From Fistulifera solaris (taxonomy: Eukaryota), in the NCBI GenBank assembly GCA_030295235.1, contig AP026137.1, positions 434,001-498,000 on the forward strand: a stretch of 64,000 nucleotides of DNA, written 5' to 3'. Within the stretch, counting starts at the first letter, position 1. Every line of letters starts with the position of its first letter. This document shows, one piece after another, positions 25,223-37,910 of this stretch. Below the pieces are notes generated by a model. The model did no database searches. It saw only the letters and a program-made list of their open reading frames with translations, and was not told where the DNA came from. Position numbers and translations under genes: made by a program.

Positions 25223-26057
25223 ATCCGATTTGGCTTACCTAATAAAAGGAATTGAGAGAGCTACTTTCAAAAGAGTAGATACTAACAAGGCATTGCAACT
25301 CTCAAGGGAGTCGATGGTCAATGACTTGGTTACTTTTTTTGCTGCGCCTGTCGTAGGTACTTCTTGACTCGACATTAGAGGCGAATCGAGAGCATCGCCG
25401 TCTCTTCACCATCATCTACGGGTAAGGTACCGTATCATGTGTTTCGCAATTCCGTATTACGGAGTAGCTTTAGTTCCAATAGCTGGAAGCTTTCAAATGA
25501 GTGTGAGAGTCTTAGATTTATGATAAGTTACGCAAATCGTTCGAAAGATTTAGTGTTAAGTAGGTCTTGCTGTGGTGCTGTAGGTGCTTGTCTTCCAACT
25601 ATTCCAAGCTCCAAGCTTGCCCTCTCTAAGTTCAAAGATTTCAAGTTTGCACTTCGCTACAGTGCAGACTGACTGGATAAGAAGAATTTTCTCACCTATG
25701 AGGACCGATAAGAAGTGGGCGATAAATCCCTGTTCACAGTTAACAGTTAACAGCTTCGTCTTACGTATGCTGTTACTTTTAGAAGTTACAAGGGCTGGAT
25801 CGATACGGTACCCCGAGAATGACTGTAGCCTACTGCAAGGATCACAGTTACTAATGACTAGTGACTCAAACTTTCTACCAAGATCCAATAACAAGAAAGG
25901 GGTTTCTTGGTTTCTTGTTTTCCGTCCACGGACATTATCACGACATCATAAATCTCCGCATTTTCTCCACCCTTACCTGGTACTTGCCAACATTTTTCGA
26001 AATCTCGACGGCGGGCGCAATTGTTTCTTGTAAATCAGCTGCACGAAGCATTAAACC

Positions 26058-27150
26058 ATGGCAATCTCTCCTAGAATGAAAAGAACACTTCTGATCTGCG
26101 TCCGCCGATCGTGGCTTCTGTTTTTCCCAACTTTGTGGGTCGTGTGCAGTAAAAACGGGTTTGAGTGGGTTCGTAAGGAGTTTGTGCATCATACATCTGG
26201 GCCAAATTTTAAAGAAGCAACTCAAAGTCAACATGACATACGGATTCACACGGGAAAATACAGTGGGAGACTCAATGAAGTATCCGAAAATGGATTTGAC
26301 CAAAGTTCATGGCGTTTTCTCAATTCATTGTCTTGGTCATCTCGCGCGGACGCACCGAGTCCTGAAAAAACGCCTTCAAAGTTCAAGACCGAACGTCGTT
26401 TGTCGAATATATTCTACCGCTTGTATGACCTAACAAATCATCAGAATACAGCAAAGTCTGTAAAGCCTGCCGGAAAGACAAAAACGTCGTCTTCGAAGAA
26501 ATCAAGCAGCCCGACAAAGAAAGCGAAGCCACTCTCTGAAACAAAACCCAATAAAAAGAAACAAAAAGATACGAGCAGCGACGACGACTCTACTAGTAAA
26601 AAAGGAAAGGGAAAAAAGGGATCGAAAAGAGTAAATCAACAAGGAACTCACCTGTGAGTGCACCTTCTCGGAGCGACAGACCTCCTGTAAGAGCTCCCGT
26701 CTTCGTATGGAGGCCAATCGGTCGTGAACCCTCTCCGCCACGTCCTCCAGCTCCAGTTCGAGCCCCGGTTCAAGCTCCAGTTCGGGTTCCGACTTCGACG
26801 CCAGCTCCAACTCCAACGATGACCACAGAACCTGGAAGTCCGCCGCCGGTAATTGAGAATGAGAGTTCGTCTCCGTCGCCCACCACGGAAACTCAAATTC
26901 CGACAATGAATACAAGTCTGGGCTCTTCTGATTTTCCCACTTCACAAATAATTGATCAGTCCTCACCTCGACCATCATCATCCAATCAGCCGAGCGCATT
27001 ATCAAGTTTGGAATCAACTATGGGATCCAGCAATGAGGCAAGTGACGTGCCTACTTTCTTTCTAGCGATCCACCATCTTTGTTACAATCATTCTCTCCAA
27101 CACGAGTCGGCAATCCGGAACGTCTGAATGAAAACCGTAGGAATGGGTAG
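26058..27150 (+). CDS. Shorter paralog of gene B: Lys-rich + PTS-rich secreted protein (array gene C)
   Basis: N-terminus LLFFPTLWVVCSKNGFEWVR resembles gene B LLLIPILWIICDENGFERAR. Contains an RRL site, KKSSSPTKK/KKGKGKKGSK, APVR repeats and a PTS tail. Frameshifts near 26630 and 27060. Confidence 0.65.
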
Positions 27151-28627
27151 AAGAAGTTTGCTTTCCGCCTATTTAATTCGCGAAAATTTGGATAAGAAAT
27201 GGGCATATGCACTGTGCACTGCTCAAAAGCGTACTGTAGTGGAGTAAGTTTTGCATGCAAAGCGAAGAAACTTCATCAATTGGCATCACTGGTATGGTCC
27301 AACATGCGGACATTGCTACCAGACTCTGCTGAATAATTTCTCACTAGATAATAACTATTATGATAAGGATTGAAGAATGGGTGATCAATGCAAACCGATC
27401 TCCATGATTATAACAACCTTATATTTGGAAAGTGATAGTAATAGACTTCTTGTTACCTGGTACCAGCATTATCAGAGACTATGTCGATGGCCGCGGACAA
27501 TCATGACTGTTGCTGACGCCTGTGATGACGGCGGAAAAGTGATTCGATCGAAAACCTTACTCCCGACACGACATTGATGGTACGACATCAGACATCATCT
27601 GTCATTCCTTCGTGGATCTATAAGTATCGGTCCGTTCGATTATGAGAGGAACTAAGTAGATGAAACATTAAATAAAATTAACTCCAAGAGAAGTACGGTA
27701 GCAAGATGGCTTTCATCGCGGATGCAAGAACTTAAAATTCTTGCAGAGAAGAAAACGAATTGACTCATGACTCAATCCAGTCATGACAAAAGGTCGCCTT
27801 CACTATGGGGCTATAGTAAATCAACGTGTAAAATAATGATCTCCTCGAAGGCTTTTTCACGCAACAAATAATGCAATAATTCATCTCAAAGAATGCGGAT
27901 GGCTAATACAATGCTTTCGACAGCTTTACATTTTTATTTTTGTTCGAGCTTTGTGTTGTCAATGCAATCCTTATCGGTGTTTGGAAGTCGAGCTTACACT
28001 TGAGCCTATAGTAAAAAATGGAAAAATCATTCTGAGAAGCTTTTCCACGCCTAAAAAAATGTAATGAAGCATTTCAAGTGAAATTATCAGCTAAATCATA
28101 ATCTTCTATTGTACATGTTTTCATTTATTCATAGAGCTAGATCCTAGACTATGTGTTAGCATTTTTGGTGTCCATCGTTTTCCTCATTTTGACTCAAACC
28201 GAGTCGTGCCATGGTGCCGTAAACTAACACTTTAGTCTATACTACATTAGGAAGTACACATTCGTGCCATAGAAATTCAATTCTCCACATTGGCAACAAA
28301 GCACGTTTGTGATAAAAAGATCGCGACCGAGACGTGCGTTATTTATTTTGCCAAATGCCTTTGATGTCGATGAAAACACATCTTCTCGTATTTTTTGCAA
28401 TCACTCATTAGAGAATTACAGTCGCAAAGTCTTTCATCTTTTCTGTTGGATCTTGATGGAATAGCTTGGTAGCTGCTGTTATTCGAATGAGTGTTTTGAA
28501 GTTATGAATCAACAAAGAAAAAAACAAGATTGCAAGTAAGGCAACGAAGAGACAGCGGATATTATCCCGAAAATGGATTCAGTATAGCTTTTCGTCGTTA
28601 ATACATAGCAACGGAGCTGTTTTCGTT

Positions 28628-29441
28628 TTGCTGAAGCCCTGGCTTGTTCTCCGTGTATTTACACACGGCCTTCTAAACTTCCCACGTGGCTACAGAACAA
28701 CAATCCACCCAACTGGAACAAGCGGCGAGAGCCTTACTGCAAAAGTCGGGTACTTTAACGGAGGTGGAGACTTGATTCAAAAGTGGCACAAACTGTTGTC
28801 CACATTGGATACCGGGCGGCTGGAATTGGCCGTCGAACGCAAGCAGGACTTGTACCAATCGTTACAAGACGATCCACGCATCGATAGTGCATCGCTTCGT
28901 TGTTTCTTACAGGAGTACAATCGTTCTCATTCGAGTGGATCCCAAGGCTTGGCGATTTGGAAGCGTGGAATCTAGTTTGGATTGGTGATACGGAACTATC
29001 TCCGAAGATAGAACGGAAATTATGGAAGGATCACAAGTGGCCATGGAGGCCTTGTAACGACTCCTCCTCGATCAGTGGGGATTTACCATGCAACCCAATC
29101 TGATATCGCATTCGTTGCCTGTTTGCTGCATCTCGAATGTATTTTTCACGGCGACAATAGTCAGGATATACGATCGTTGCATCAAGCATTTCTAATGATG
29201 AAATATGTGAAGAAATTACTCGGCATGTTTTGGAAAACGAGACGAACGATGTTGCTTGGTACCTGGTAACGGTACTCTATACGTTTCTTCCGGGGATGCA
29301 AATCAGTTCAATCTTGACAATCCTACGTTTTACGCTATAATAAAGGTTGATGTGATTCTCGGAAGCGATGGTACTTTTAACGCCTGTAGCAAAACCATCA
29401 ACTTAGTTCAGAGCAACTTGATATTTAGGAGCAACTTATAG
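28628..29441 (+). pseudogene. Fragmented coding-like remnant, family unresolved
   Basis: Four short consecutive + strand ORFs with globular-looking composition. The YAIIKVDVILGSDG segment is faintly ATP-grasp/TTL-like. No intact gene can be built. Confidence 0.25.
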
Positions 29442-30342
29442 ATTTTGACATTAATAGACTTAGGGCATAAAGCAAACCCAGTTATTAGGCGAAAAGAATG
29501 AAGTCATCGCCATCGTCAAGGAAAAAGGAAAGGTTTCTAATTGCAGGCCAACGGATACAGAGATCGTTTTGTACTTAAGCCATAATGGTTTTCAACGAAG
29601 CGATACTGCCCGTTAGAACATGAAGATAAAATATACTATCATCGTAATTTGTCATGATAAAAAAAGCGAAGAATCGTCCTAGACAAAATAGTACAAGGGA
29701 ACAGGTTTTGATGGACTTCTCTATGTGGAATAAAGTAGTGGGAGATGACCCGCCAAGAGTCATTTACACTCTTTTTCCTATACAAAATCGAAATTTGTCG
29801 ATTCGATCTTTGAAATCCTTCCCCCCCCCCACCCCCATCCCCCATGCCAAAACGAAAAGATCACGGAGACGGCTTGGATGCGGGAGTTTGTCGGGACGAC
29901 TCGGGACTCGGGACAAAAGAGCTCGGGAGTCAAATTCTACCGCATTAGGACGTCTTCTCTCCGCACCCGGATAAGGATAAGGCACAAGAAAGGAACACGT
30001 AGACACGGAGACACTGGACACTAAACCACGAAGTAGTGGAGAAATATCCCAATATTTTATTACTACAGGGCAGAAAGGCGCGCCATCGAACGCTGGAAAG
30101 ACTATTGCCCATAGGCCCAAGTCACATTCTTTCCCTATTGTTTTCAGCAATGATTTTCCGTGGGTCCTGGTTCCTAGTCGTAAATCTCGGCTTCGGGCTT
30201 CCATCTTAGTACTTTGTGACGTTTTTCCGGAGCAGGCTCACTTTCTCGTCCACTTCAGTCATCCGGTCACCTTTTCTCGAACACTTTTTCAAAACGATGA
30301 AATTAAATCCATCACAAGAGCACCAACGACGAAAACGAAAAG

Positions 30343-33300
30343 ATGTTGATGGCGCTCAAAGCATCAAACGTAAAAATGATTTGCCTTTTGATACAACTAT
30401 GGTGGATCTTGATGGTGTCATCAAGTGCTGCTCTTGAGAACACAGATACGACAGGGGCCTCGATGCCAATGATTCCACAAGCACCAGGAGACGTCGGCAG
30501 AGAGTCTCATTCCGACGAGCCGACACGACGAAAACAAGCCATCGGTGTTGTGTACGCGGATCAAGTATCAAGCCCAGTAAATTATCCATCTTTACAGGAT
30601 TTTCCGGCTATAACATCTCGACTATTCAGCCCCGATGAACTTGACATTACGGATGCATCCCCTAAATTGACGACCCGTCAACGAGCACTATCTGAACGTT
30701 TCCTTAAAGGTAAAACCACACCGAAAACAAATGGGAAAAACAAGAATAATACGGGGAAAGGAAAACCACCGTCTCCTGGAAAGTCGAACCAACCCCCAAA
30801 AAAGACGAAGAATACCAATGGTAAAGGAGATAAAAAATCAGATAGTAAATCGAAAAAGTCGGACAGCATGTCGAAAAAGTCAGACAAGAAGAATAAGGGG
30901 AAGGATGATGGAAAAATGGGAGCCAAATCACCAGTTCGTTCGCCAGTTCGATCACCGGTAAGGTCGCCAGTTCGATCCCCTGTGCGCTCACCGGCAGGCT
31001 CACCAGTAAGGTCACCCATCCGTGCACCAACCATTTCGCTTCCTGAGCGAGTCCCAACATTCATAAAGAGATTCATTGAATTTGTACCGACAGTGCTTGA
31101 AGAGCTTCCAACATTCAGGAACGATCCTCAAACTAGGGCACCGGTAATCGAGGACAGAGTACCCACTTCGAAGCCGTCAAGTTCACCAAGCGAGTCACCT
31201 AGTCGAGCCCCGATAAAAAGACCATCTTCTGCTCCGTCTCGAGAGCCCTCGCCTGAACCGAGCGCTCGGCCTTCGGCTTCACCAATAGCACAGCCGAGTG
31301 CTGCACCTTCAGGTCAACCTTCGCCTTCACCCACTGACAACCCGACTGCAGCACCAAGCGAGGTGCCAACAAATGGACCCACTAATGTGCCTAGCATGAA
31401 TCCGACGTTAGCACCGAGTACTGCGCCGACTGTCCAACCGAGTCGTCAGCCAACAACCGGTCCTTCGCGAAAGCCGAGCTCTGAGCCGACAATCGAGCCG
31501 TCCAGCTCTCCCACCGCGCTGCCTAGTGGTACGCCGACAGAGAAGCCTTCTCAGTTGCCGACACAAAAGCCGTCGCCCGGACCGAGTGTTGGACCTTCTG
31601 CTGTGCCCACCAGAGAGCCAAGTTCTTTTCCAACTACTCTGCCATCAAGTTCACCGACCGTGGGCCCAACTGTCGCACCAAGTATGAATCCGACCAGAAC
31701 GCCAAGCAATGAGCCTAGTATGAAGCCGTCATCGTCTCCGACAGAAGTTCCATCGCTTTCGCCAAGCAATCAACCTACGAAAGGACCTTCCAGGGAACCG
31801 TCAGGTGTACCAACCGCGGAACCATCCAGTTCGCCAACGTCGCGCCCGAGTGCTGTACCAACTAGTCCCCCATCGACAAGCCCGACTGACAATCCAACGG
31901 AAGCACCAAGTAGGAATCCCACAAATGTGCCAAGTAGTGGGCCTACAATGACCCCAACATCGACACCGACAAAAGTCCCATCTGGTTCTCCGAGCCTTCA
32001 GCCCACAACAAGTCCCTCGCGTGAACCTTCGGCGGCGCCTTCTCCCGGTCCTTCTGCTACGCCCACGTCAAAACCGAGTGTTACGCCATCGGTTCGTCCT
32101 TCAGCTGCACCGACTAACGCCCCGTCTCTTGTGCCGAGTATACTTCCTACTCCTGTAAGAAGTGCGGTGCCGAGTTCAGATCCCACGGTGTCGCCGAGCA
32201 TCGTTCCGTCTGCTTCGCCGAGTCGTCAACCCACGATAGGCCCTTCGATGGAACCCAGCGTTGAACCGACTGTGAAGGCGTCTAACACACCCAGTTTATC
32301 GCCTAGTAGTCTTCCAACTACAAAACCTTCTTCGTCTCCGTCGCAAGAGCCGTCACCAGGACCGAGCATTAGTCCTTCAGCTTCGCCGACGACGAATCCG
32401 AGTGATGTACCGACAAGTCCTCCCTCAACGTCACCGACGGATAGCCCAACCATTATGCCAAGTTCAAGACCGACATCTGGGCCAACCAATGTGCCAAGCA
32501 AGAGTCCGACATCGAAACCGAGCGCTGTGCCGACTAATCAACCGAGTCAGCAGCCAACCAGAGGCCCTTCGATAGAGCCCAGCACAGGGCCGACAACTCA
32601 GCCATCCAGCTCTCCAACCATGTCACCTACTAGCGTTCCAACTCCGCAGCCATCACGCTTACCCTCTCGAGAGCCAACGGTAGAGCCTTCGGCGGGTCCT
32701 ACTGTCGAGCCCTCTGCTTCGCCAACAGCAAGTCCAAGTGGTGTGCCTACTGCACGACCCTCAACTACACCAACGGATGGACCGACCGTTGCACCGAGTA
32801 TGGGGCCGACCAATTCCCCAAGTAATGAGCCATCAGAAAAGCCGTCATCGTCGCCAACCGCAGGCCCAACTCTTTCCCCAAGCGATCAGCCCACAAAAGG
32901 GCCATCCAGAGAACCTTCGACTAATCCAACAACGGTGCCTTCAGCTACACCAACGACAAAGCCTAGCGCTGTTCCAACTTCTCGACCATCGACTAACCCG
33001 ACTGATAGTCCAACGGTTACACCTAGTAGCGGACCCACTACAACTCCGACATCAGCACCGACAATCGTCCCATCCGGGACGCCAAGCCGCCAGCCCACAA
33101 ATAGTCCCTCGCGTGAACCTTCGGCGGCGCCTTCTCCTGGTCCTTCTGCTTCGCCGACATCAAGACCGAGTGTTACGCCTTCGGTTCGGCCGTCCGTTGA
33201 ACCGACTCACACCCCATCTCTTGTACCGAGTATATTGCCAACTCCTGTAAGAAGTGCCGTGCCCAGTTTGGATCCGACCGTGTCGCCGAGCATCGTTCCG

Positions 33301-36300
33301 TCTGCTCCACCGAGCCGTCAGCCTACGACAAGACCAAGCGCTGCACCCACAAGTCGTCCGTCAGTTTCGCCTACTGATAGCCCGACAGTGACACCAAGTG
33401 CGAGACCAACAAGTGGACCAACGGCTGTACCGAGCATGACTCCGACGACGAAACCAAGCGCAGTTCCGACCGTTCAACCAAGTCGTCAACCAACAACGAG
33501 CCCTTCGAAAGAGCCCAGCTCCGTGCCGACAATTCAGCCGACTAGTTCTCCGACAGTGTCGCCATCAAGTGACCCGACTCAACAGCCATCGCATTTACCG
33601 TCGAGAGAGCCGTCGCCCGGGCCTAGCGCCGAACCATCTGTTTCGCCCACTTCACGACCGAGTGTCGCACCCACGGCTCCACCATCGAGTGCTCCGACTG
33701 ATGGACCGACAGTTGCACCCAGTAAGAGCCCTTCCAGTGAACCAAGTAGCAAACCGAGTACGAAACCGTCATCAGCTCCGACAGAAGGTCCGACAGTTTC
33801 GCCGAGCAGTCAACCCACAAGTGGGCCTTCGCGCGAACCATCGGCTGCGCCGAGCAGCCAGCCCACGAAAGGACCTTCGAGGGAACCATCGAGTGCTCCA
33901 ACGACAGCTCCTTCCGTCACGCCAACGTCACGACCGAGTGCTGTTCCTACTTCCCGACCATCGACTAGCCCGACAGAGAATCCGACCGTTGCACCTAGCA
34001 TGAATCCCACGAAGGAACCGTCTAGTGAACCCACGATTACTCCAACATCGGCGCCGACAATAGTCCCATCCGGGACGCCAAGCCGCCAGCCCACAAATAG
34101 TCCCTCGCGTGAACCTTCGGCGGCGCCTTCTCCTGGTCCTTCTGCTTCGCCGACATCAAGACCGAGTGTTACGCCTTCGGTTCGGCCGTCCGTTGAACCG
34201 ACGCGCACCCCGTCTCTTGTACCGAGTATATTGCCCACTCCTGTTCGAAGTGCCGTGCCAAGTTCGGATCCGACCGTGTCGCCGAGCATCGTTCCGTCTG
34301 CTCCACCGAGCCGTCAGCCTACGACGAGACCAAGCGCTGCACCCACAAGTCGTCCGTCAGTTTCGCCTACTGATAGCCCGACAGTGACACCAAGTGCGAG
34401 ACCAACAAGTGGACCAACGGCTGTACCGAGCATGACTCCGACGACGAAACCAAGCGCAGTTCCGACCGTTCAACCAAGTCGTCAACCAACAACGAGCCCT
34501 TCGAAAGAGCCCAGCTCCGTGCCGACAATTCAGCCGACTAGTACTCCGACAGTGTCGCCATCAAGTGACCCGACTCAACAGCCATCGCATTTACCGTCGA
34601 GAGAGCCGTCGCCCGGGCCTAGCGCCGAACCATCTGTTTCGCCCACTTCACGACCGAGTGTCGCACCCACGGCTCCACCATCGAGTGCTCCGACTGATGG
34701 ACCGACAGTTGCACCCAGTAAGAGCCCTTCCAGTGAACCAAGTAGCAAACCGAGTACGAAACCGTCATCAGCTCCGACAGAAGGTCCGACAGTTTCGCCG
34801 AGCAGTCAACCCACAAGTGGGCCTTCGCGCGAACCATCGGCTGCGCCGAGCAGCCAGCCCACGAAAGGACCTTCGAGGGAACCATCGAGTGCTCCAACGA
34901 CAGTTCCTTCCGTCACGCCAACGTCACGACCGAGTGCTGTTCCTACTTCCCGACCATCGACTAGCCCGACAGAGAATCCGACCGTTGCACCTAGCATGAA
35001 TCCCACGAAGGAACCGTCTAGTGAACCCACGATTACTCCAACATCGGCGCCGACAATAGTCCCATCCGGGACGCCAAGCCGCCAGCCCACAAATAGTCCC
35101 TCGCGTGAACCTTCGGCGGCGCCTTCTCCTGGTCCTTCTGCTTCGCCGACATCAAGACCGAGTGTTACGCCTTCGGTTCGGCCGTCCGTTGAACCGACTC
35201 ACACCCCATCTCTTGTACCGAGTATATTGCCAACTCCTGTAAGAAGTGCCGTGCCCAGTTTGGATCCGACCGTGTCGCCGAGCATCGTTCCGTCTGCTCC
35301 ACCGAGCCGTCAGCCTACGACAAGACCAAGCGCTGCACCCACAAGTCGTCCGTCAGTTTCGCCTACTGATAGCCCGACAGTGACACCAAGTGCGAGACCA
35401 ACAAGTGGACCAACGGCTGTACCGAGCATGACTCCGACGACGAAACCAAGCGCAGTTCCGACCGTTCAACCCAGTCGTCAACCAACAACGAGCCCTTCGA
35501 AAGAGCCCAGCTCCGTGCCGACAATTCAGCCGACTAGTACTCCGACAGTGTCGCCATCAAGTGACCCGACTCAACAGCCTAGCGTGAAACCATCTGTTTC
35601 GCCCACTTCACGACCGAGTGTTGCACCCACGGCTCGACCATCGAGTGCTCCGACAGATGGGCCGACCGTCGCACCGAGTATGAAGCCTTCTAGCTCCAAG
35701 CGATAAGCCGAGCGCGAAACCGTCATCGTCACCAACAGAAGGTCCGACTGTTTCACCAAGCAGTCAACCCACTAGAGCACCGAGCAAAGACCGTCTTCGG
35801 CGCCATCTGAAGCTCCAACAAGATCCCCTTCCGAGGCTCCAACAATTTCCCCTTCTGAGTCTCCGACGAAATCCCCTTCTGAGGCTCCGACAAAATCTCC
35901 TTCCGAGGCCCCGACGAGATCTCCTTCCGAGGCTCCGACAAAATCCCCTTCCGAGGCGCCAACGAGATCCCCATCGGAGGCTCCGACGAGATCTCCTTCC
36001 GAGGCTCCGACAAAATCCCCTTCTGAGGCTCCGACGAAATCCCCGTCTGAGGCCCCGACAAAATCCCCTTCTGAGGCTCCGACAAAATCCCCTTCCGAGG
36101 CGCCAACGAGATCCCCATCGGAGGCTCCGACGAGATCTCCTTCCGAGGCTCCGACAAAATCTCCGTCTGAGGCTCCGACAAAATCCCCTTCTGAGGCTCC
36201 GACAAAATCTCCTTCCGAGGCTCCGACGAGATCTCCTTCCGAAGCTCCGACGCGATCTCCGTCGGAGGCTCCAACTCAACTAAACGTGACTATAATTCGT

Positions 36301-36492
36301 CGAATTGTCGAGTCAGTTGGTAGCAGTAAGCTGCGATCACGACGAGGAAACAGAATGCCCAATTTAGCTCAATTGTCAAAGACGTTGTCGGGGAAAGAGG
36401 GGATAGTGTTGATACTCAAGCAGAAAAATGGAATCTCTCTGGATTACCGAACAAGATCACACCTCCTTGTCGCGAAGGGAACAGGCGTCTAA
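30343..36492 (+). CDS. Giant (about 2000 aa) secreted silaffin/mucin-like protein (array gene D)
   Basis: Signal peptide, RAL and RFL sites (30682, 30697), K-rich block (KSDSKSKKSDSMSKKSDKK), (SPVR)n, linker PTFIKRFIEFVPTVLEELPT and about 1500 aa of PSxxPT. After a stop at 35704-35706 and two small deletions, the same frame resumes as (EAPTKSPS)n to 36492. Confidence 0.8.
33050..35580 (+). repeat. 996-bp (332-codon) near-identical tandem repeat, about 2.5 copies, inside gene D
   Basis: Near-identical shadow ORFs are offset by exactly 996 (33569/34565; 33623/34619). Boundaries approximate. Confidence 0.9.
35808..36276 (+). repeat. 24-bp minisatellite encoding (EAPT[K/R]SPS), about 19 copies
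   Basis: GAGGCTCCGACAAAATCCCCTTCT-type units. Confidence 0.9.
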
Positions 36493-37212
36493 CGCGGTCA
36501 ATTCATAGTTTACGAATGTTGAGAAAGGCAACTGATTCGAGTCGACACAATGCTGATGTAAAAACAGAACGGAATTCGATGAGAGTTTTTTCTGTCGGTC
36601 TTTTGGCCATCCTATCGTGTCATTTCATTTCCGGCGGTTCGATCTGCTGCAGATATACATGAAAGTTATATATTCGACTCAAAAAAAACGAAAAGTCGAG
36701 CTGAATGAATAATGCAATGCGTCAACAGCAAATTTTTGTTTCGCAGCAAAGCGTGCGGAACGATCTTTGGGAGGGAAAAAAAAAAAAAACAAAATGGGTG
36801 CCGTCGTCCGGAAACCCTGTCCTTAATGAATATTCAAATGCATGCATAATGAAGCATGAACTGCATAATGTTGTTTTTTATAATTGAATAACTGTATAAC
36901 AATACAACTTTTTGTTTTTATTCAAAAACAATGATTGCCAGCTTTGCTTTTAAACTTAGTTGATTGACAAGATAGCCCGAGGTTCGACAATTTTAGTGCG
37001 ATGTACAGGTTCAACTTTTGTCGGAAGCCGCATCTTCCTTCTTTTCCTGGAAAAAATGAGGATGAGGCCGACTAACCGACTAAACACATGCACACGTAGT
37101 GGTCATTATCTATCTACCTGGTAACCAGCTTACTAAGGATCCATAGCCAGAATTCTAGCTTAACCTCGAAACGTGGAAATTTGGTAACTAGTTAAGAGAT
37201 GAAACAGTTTCG

Positions 37213-37291
37213 GAAACGACGTTAAAATTCTGCCTCGCCGTAGGCGCTACGTAGAAATTTGTACTGAGAGGCAGAATTTTAACGTCCTTTC
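37213..37291. repeat. 79-bp palindromic element, copy 1
   Basis: GAAACGACGTTAAAATTCTGCCTC ... GAGGCAGAATTTTAACGTCCTTTC inverted repeat with 1 mismatch. Confidence 0.85.
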
Positions 37292-37910
37292 CCGTGCTTG
37301 ATTTACGCAATGTAAAAACATTCAACTTCGTTTTGAAACATCATCATGGGGTAAGTCTCGAGCATTTCTCTGTTGTTTTTCCTTCCTTTGAATTAGTACG
37401 GTAAGGTTAGAAATATAGTTTCAAGTTTCAAGACACTACAATGACCTATTGACGACTGATGACTGATGACCGGGCGATGATGATTCTGGTCACTTCAATG
37501 ACATTTGAGTGTACTTCATAACAAGTTTGTTCGTGCATGTAAATAACCATTTCTCTTTTGAGTACACAGAATTAGATACTGTTGGTGCCCTGCCTGTTTG
37601 CATTGGTTGGGAATTAAAGGTGAACAACGGCTAATCCCCACTTCTTAGCTTCTTGGCTTTCCCTATTCCCTATAGAATTCGTGGTCGTAGAACTCATTTT
37701 TTGCTTCTTGCTTCTTGGGTCTGTGTACAAGTAAGCTATACTAATATGAAAAAACGAACTTTTGTGTACTAAGTTTAATTCTGTTCCCTGTTTCCGATGT
37801 CTGTCGGGATGATTTACGATTCCGGAATCAGGTCACCTTTTACGGACGCGTTTGCGAGGAAATAAATATTTTCGCAACAACCAAAGAAAACATGAAGCAT
37901 CAATTGGACC

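Noticed and set aside
25439..26033. Overlapping 70-150 aa ORFs between genes B and C
   Set aside because: No recognisable motifs or TIR/TSD; probably spurious.
35808..36276. CRISPR-like regular repeats
   Set aside because: Head-to-tail coding minisatellite with no unique spacers, no cas genes and a eukaryotic context.
35753..36279. Antisense ORFs (EPRKEISS)n and (RRSRRSLG)n, likewise 47804-48253
   Set aside because: Shadows of the 24-bp repeat, which lacks stops on the minus strand. No independent gene signals.
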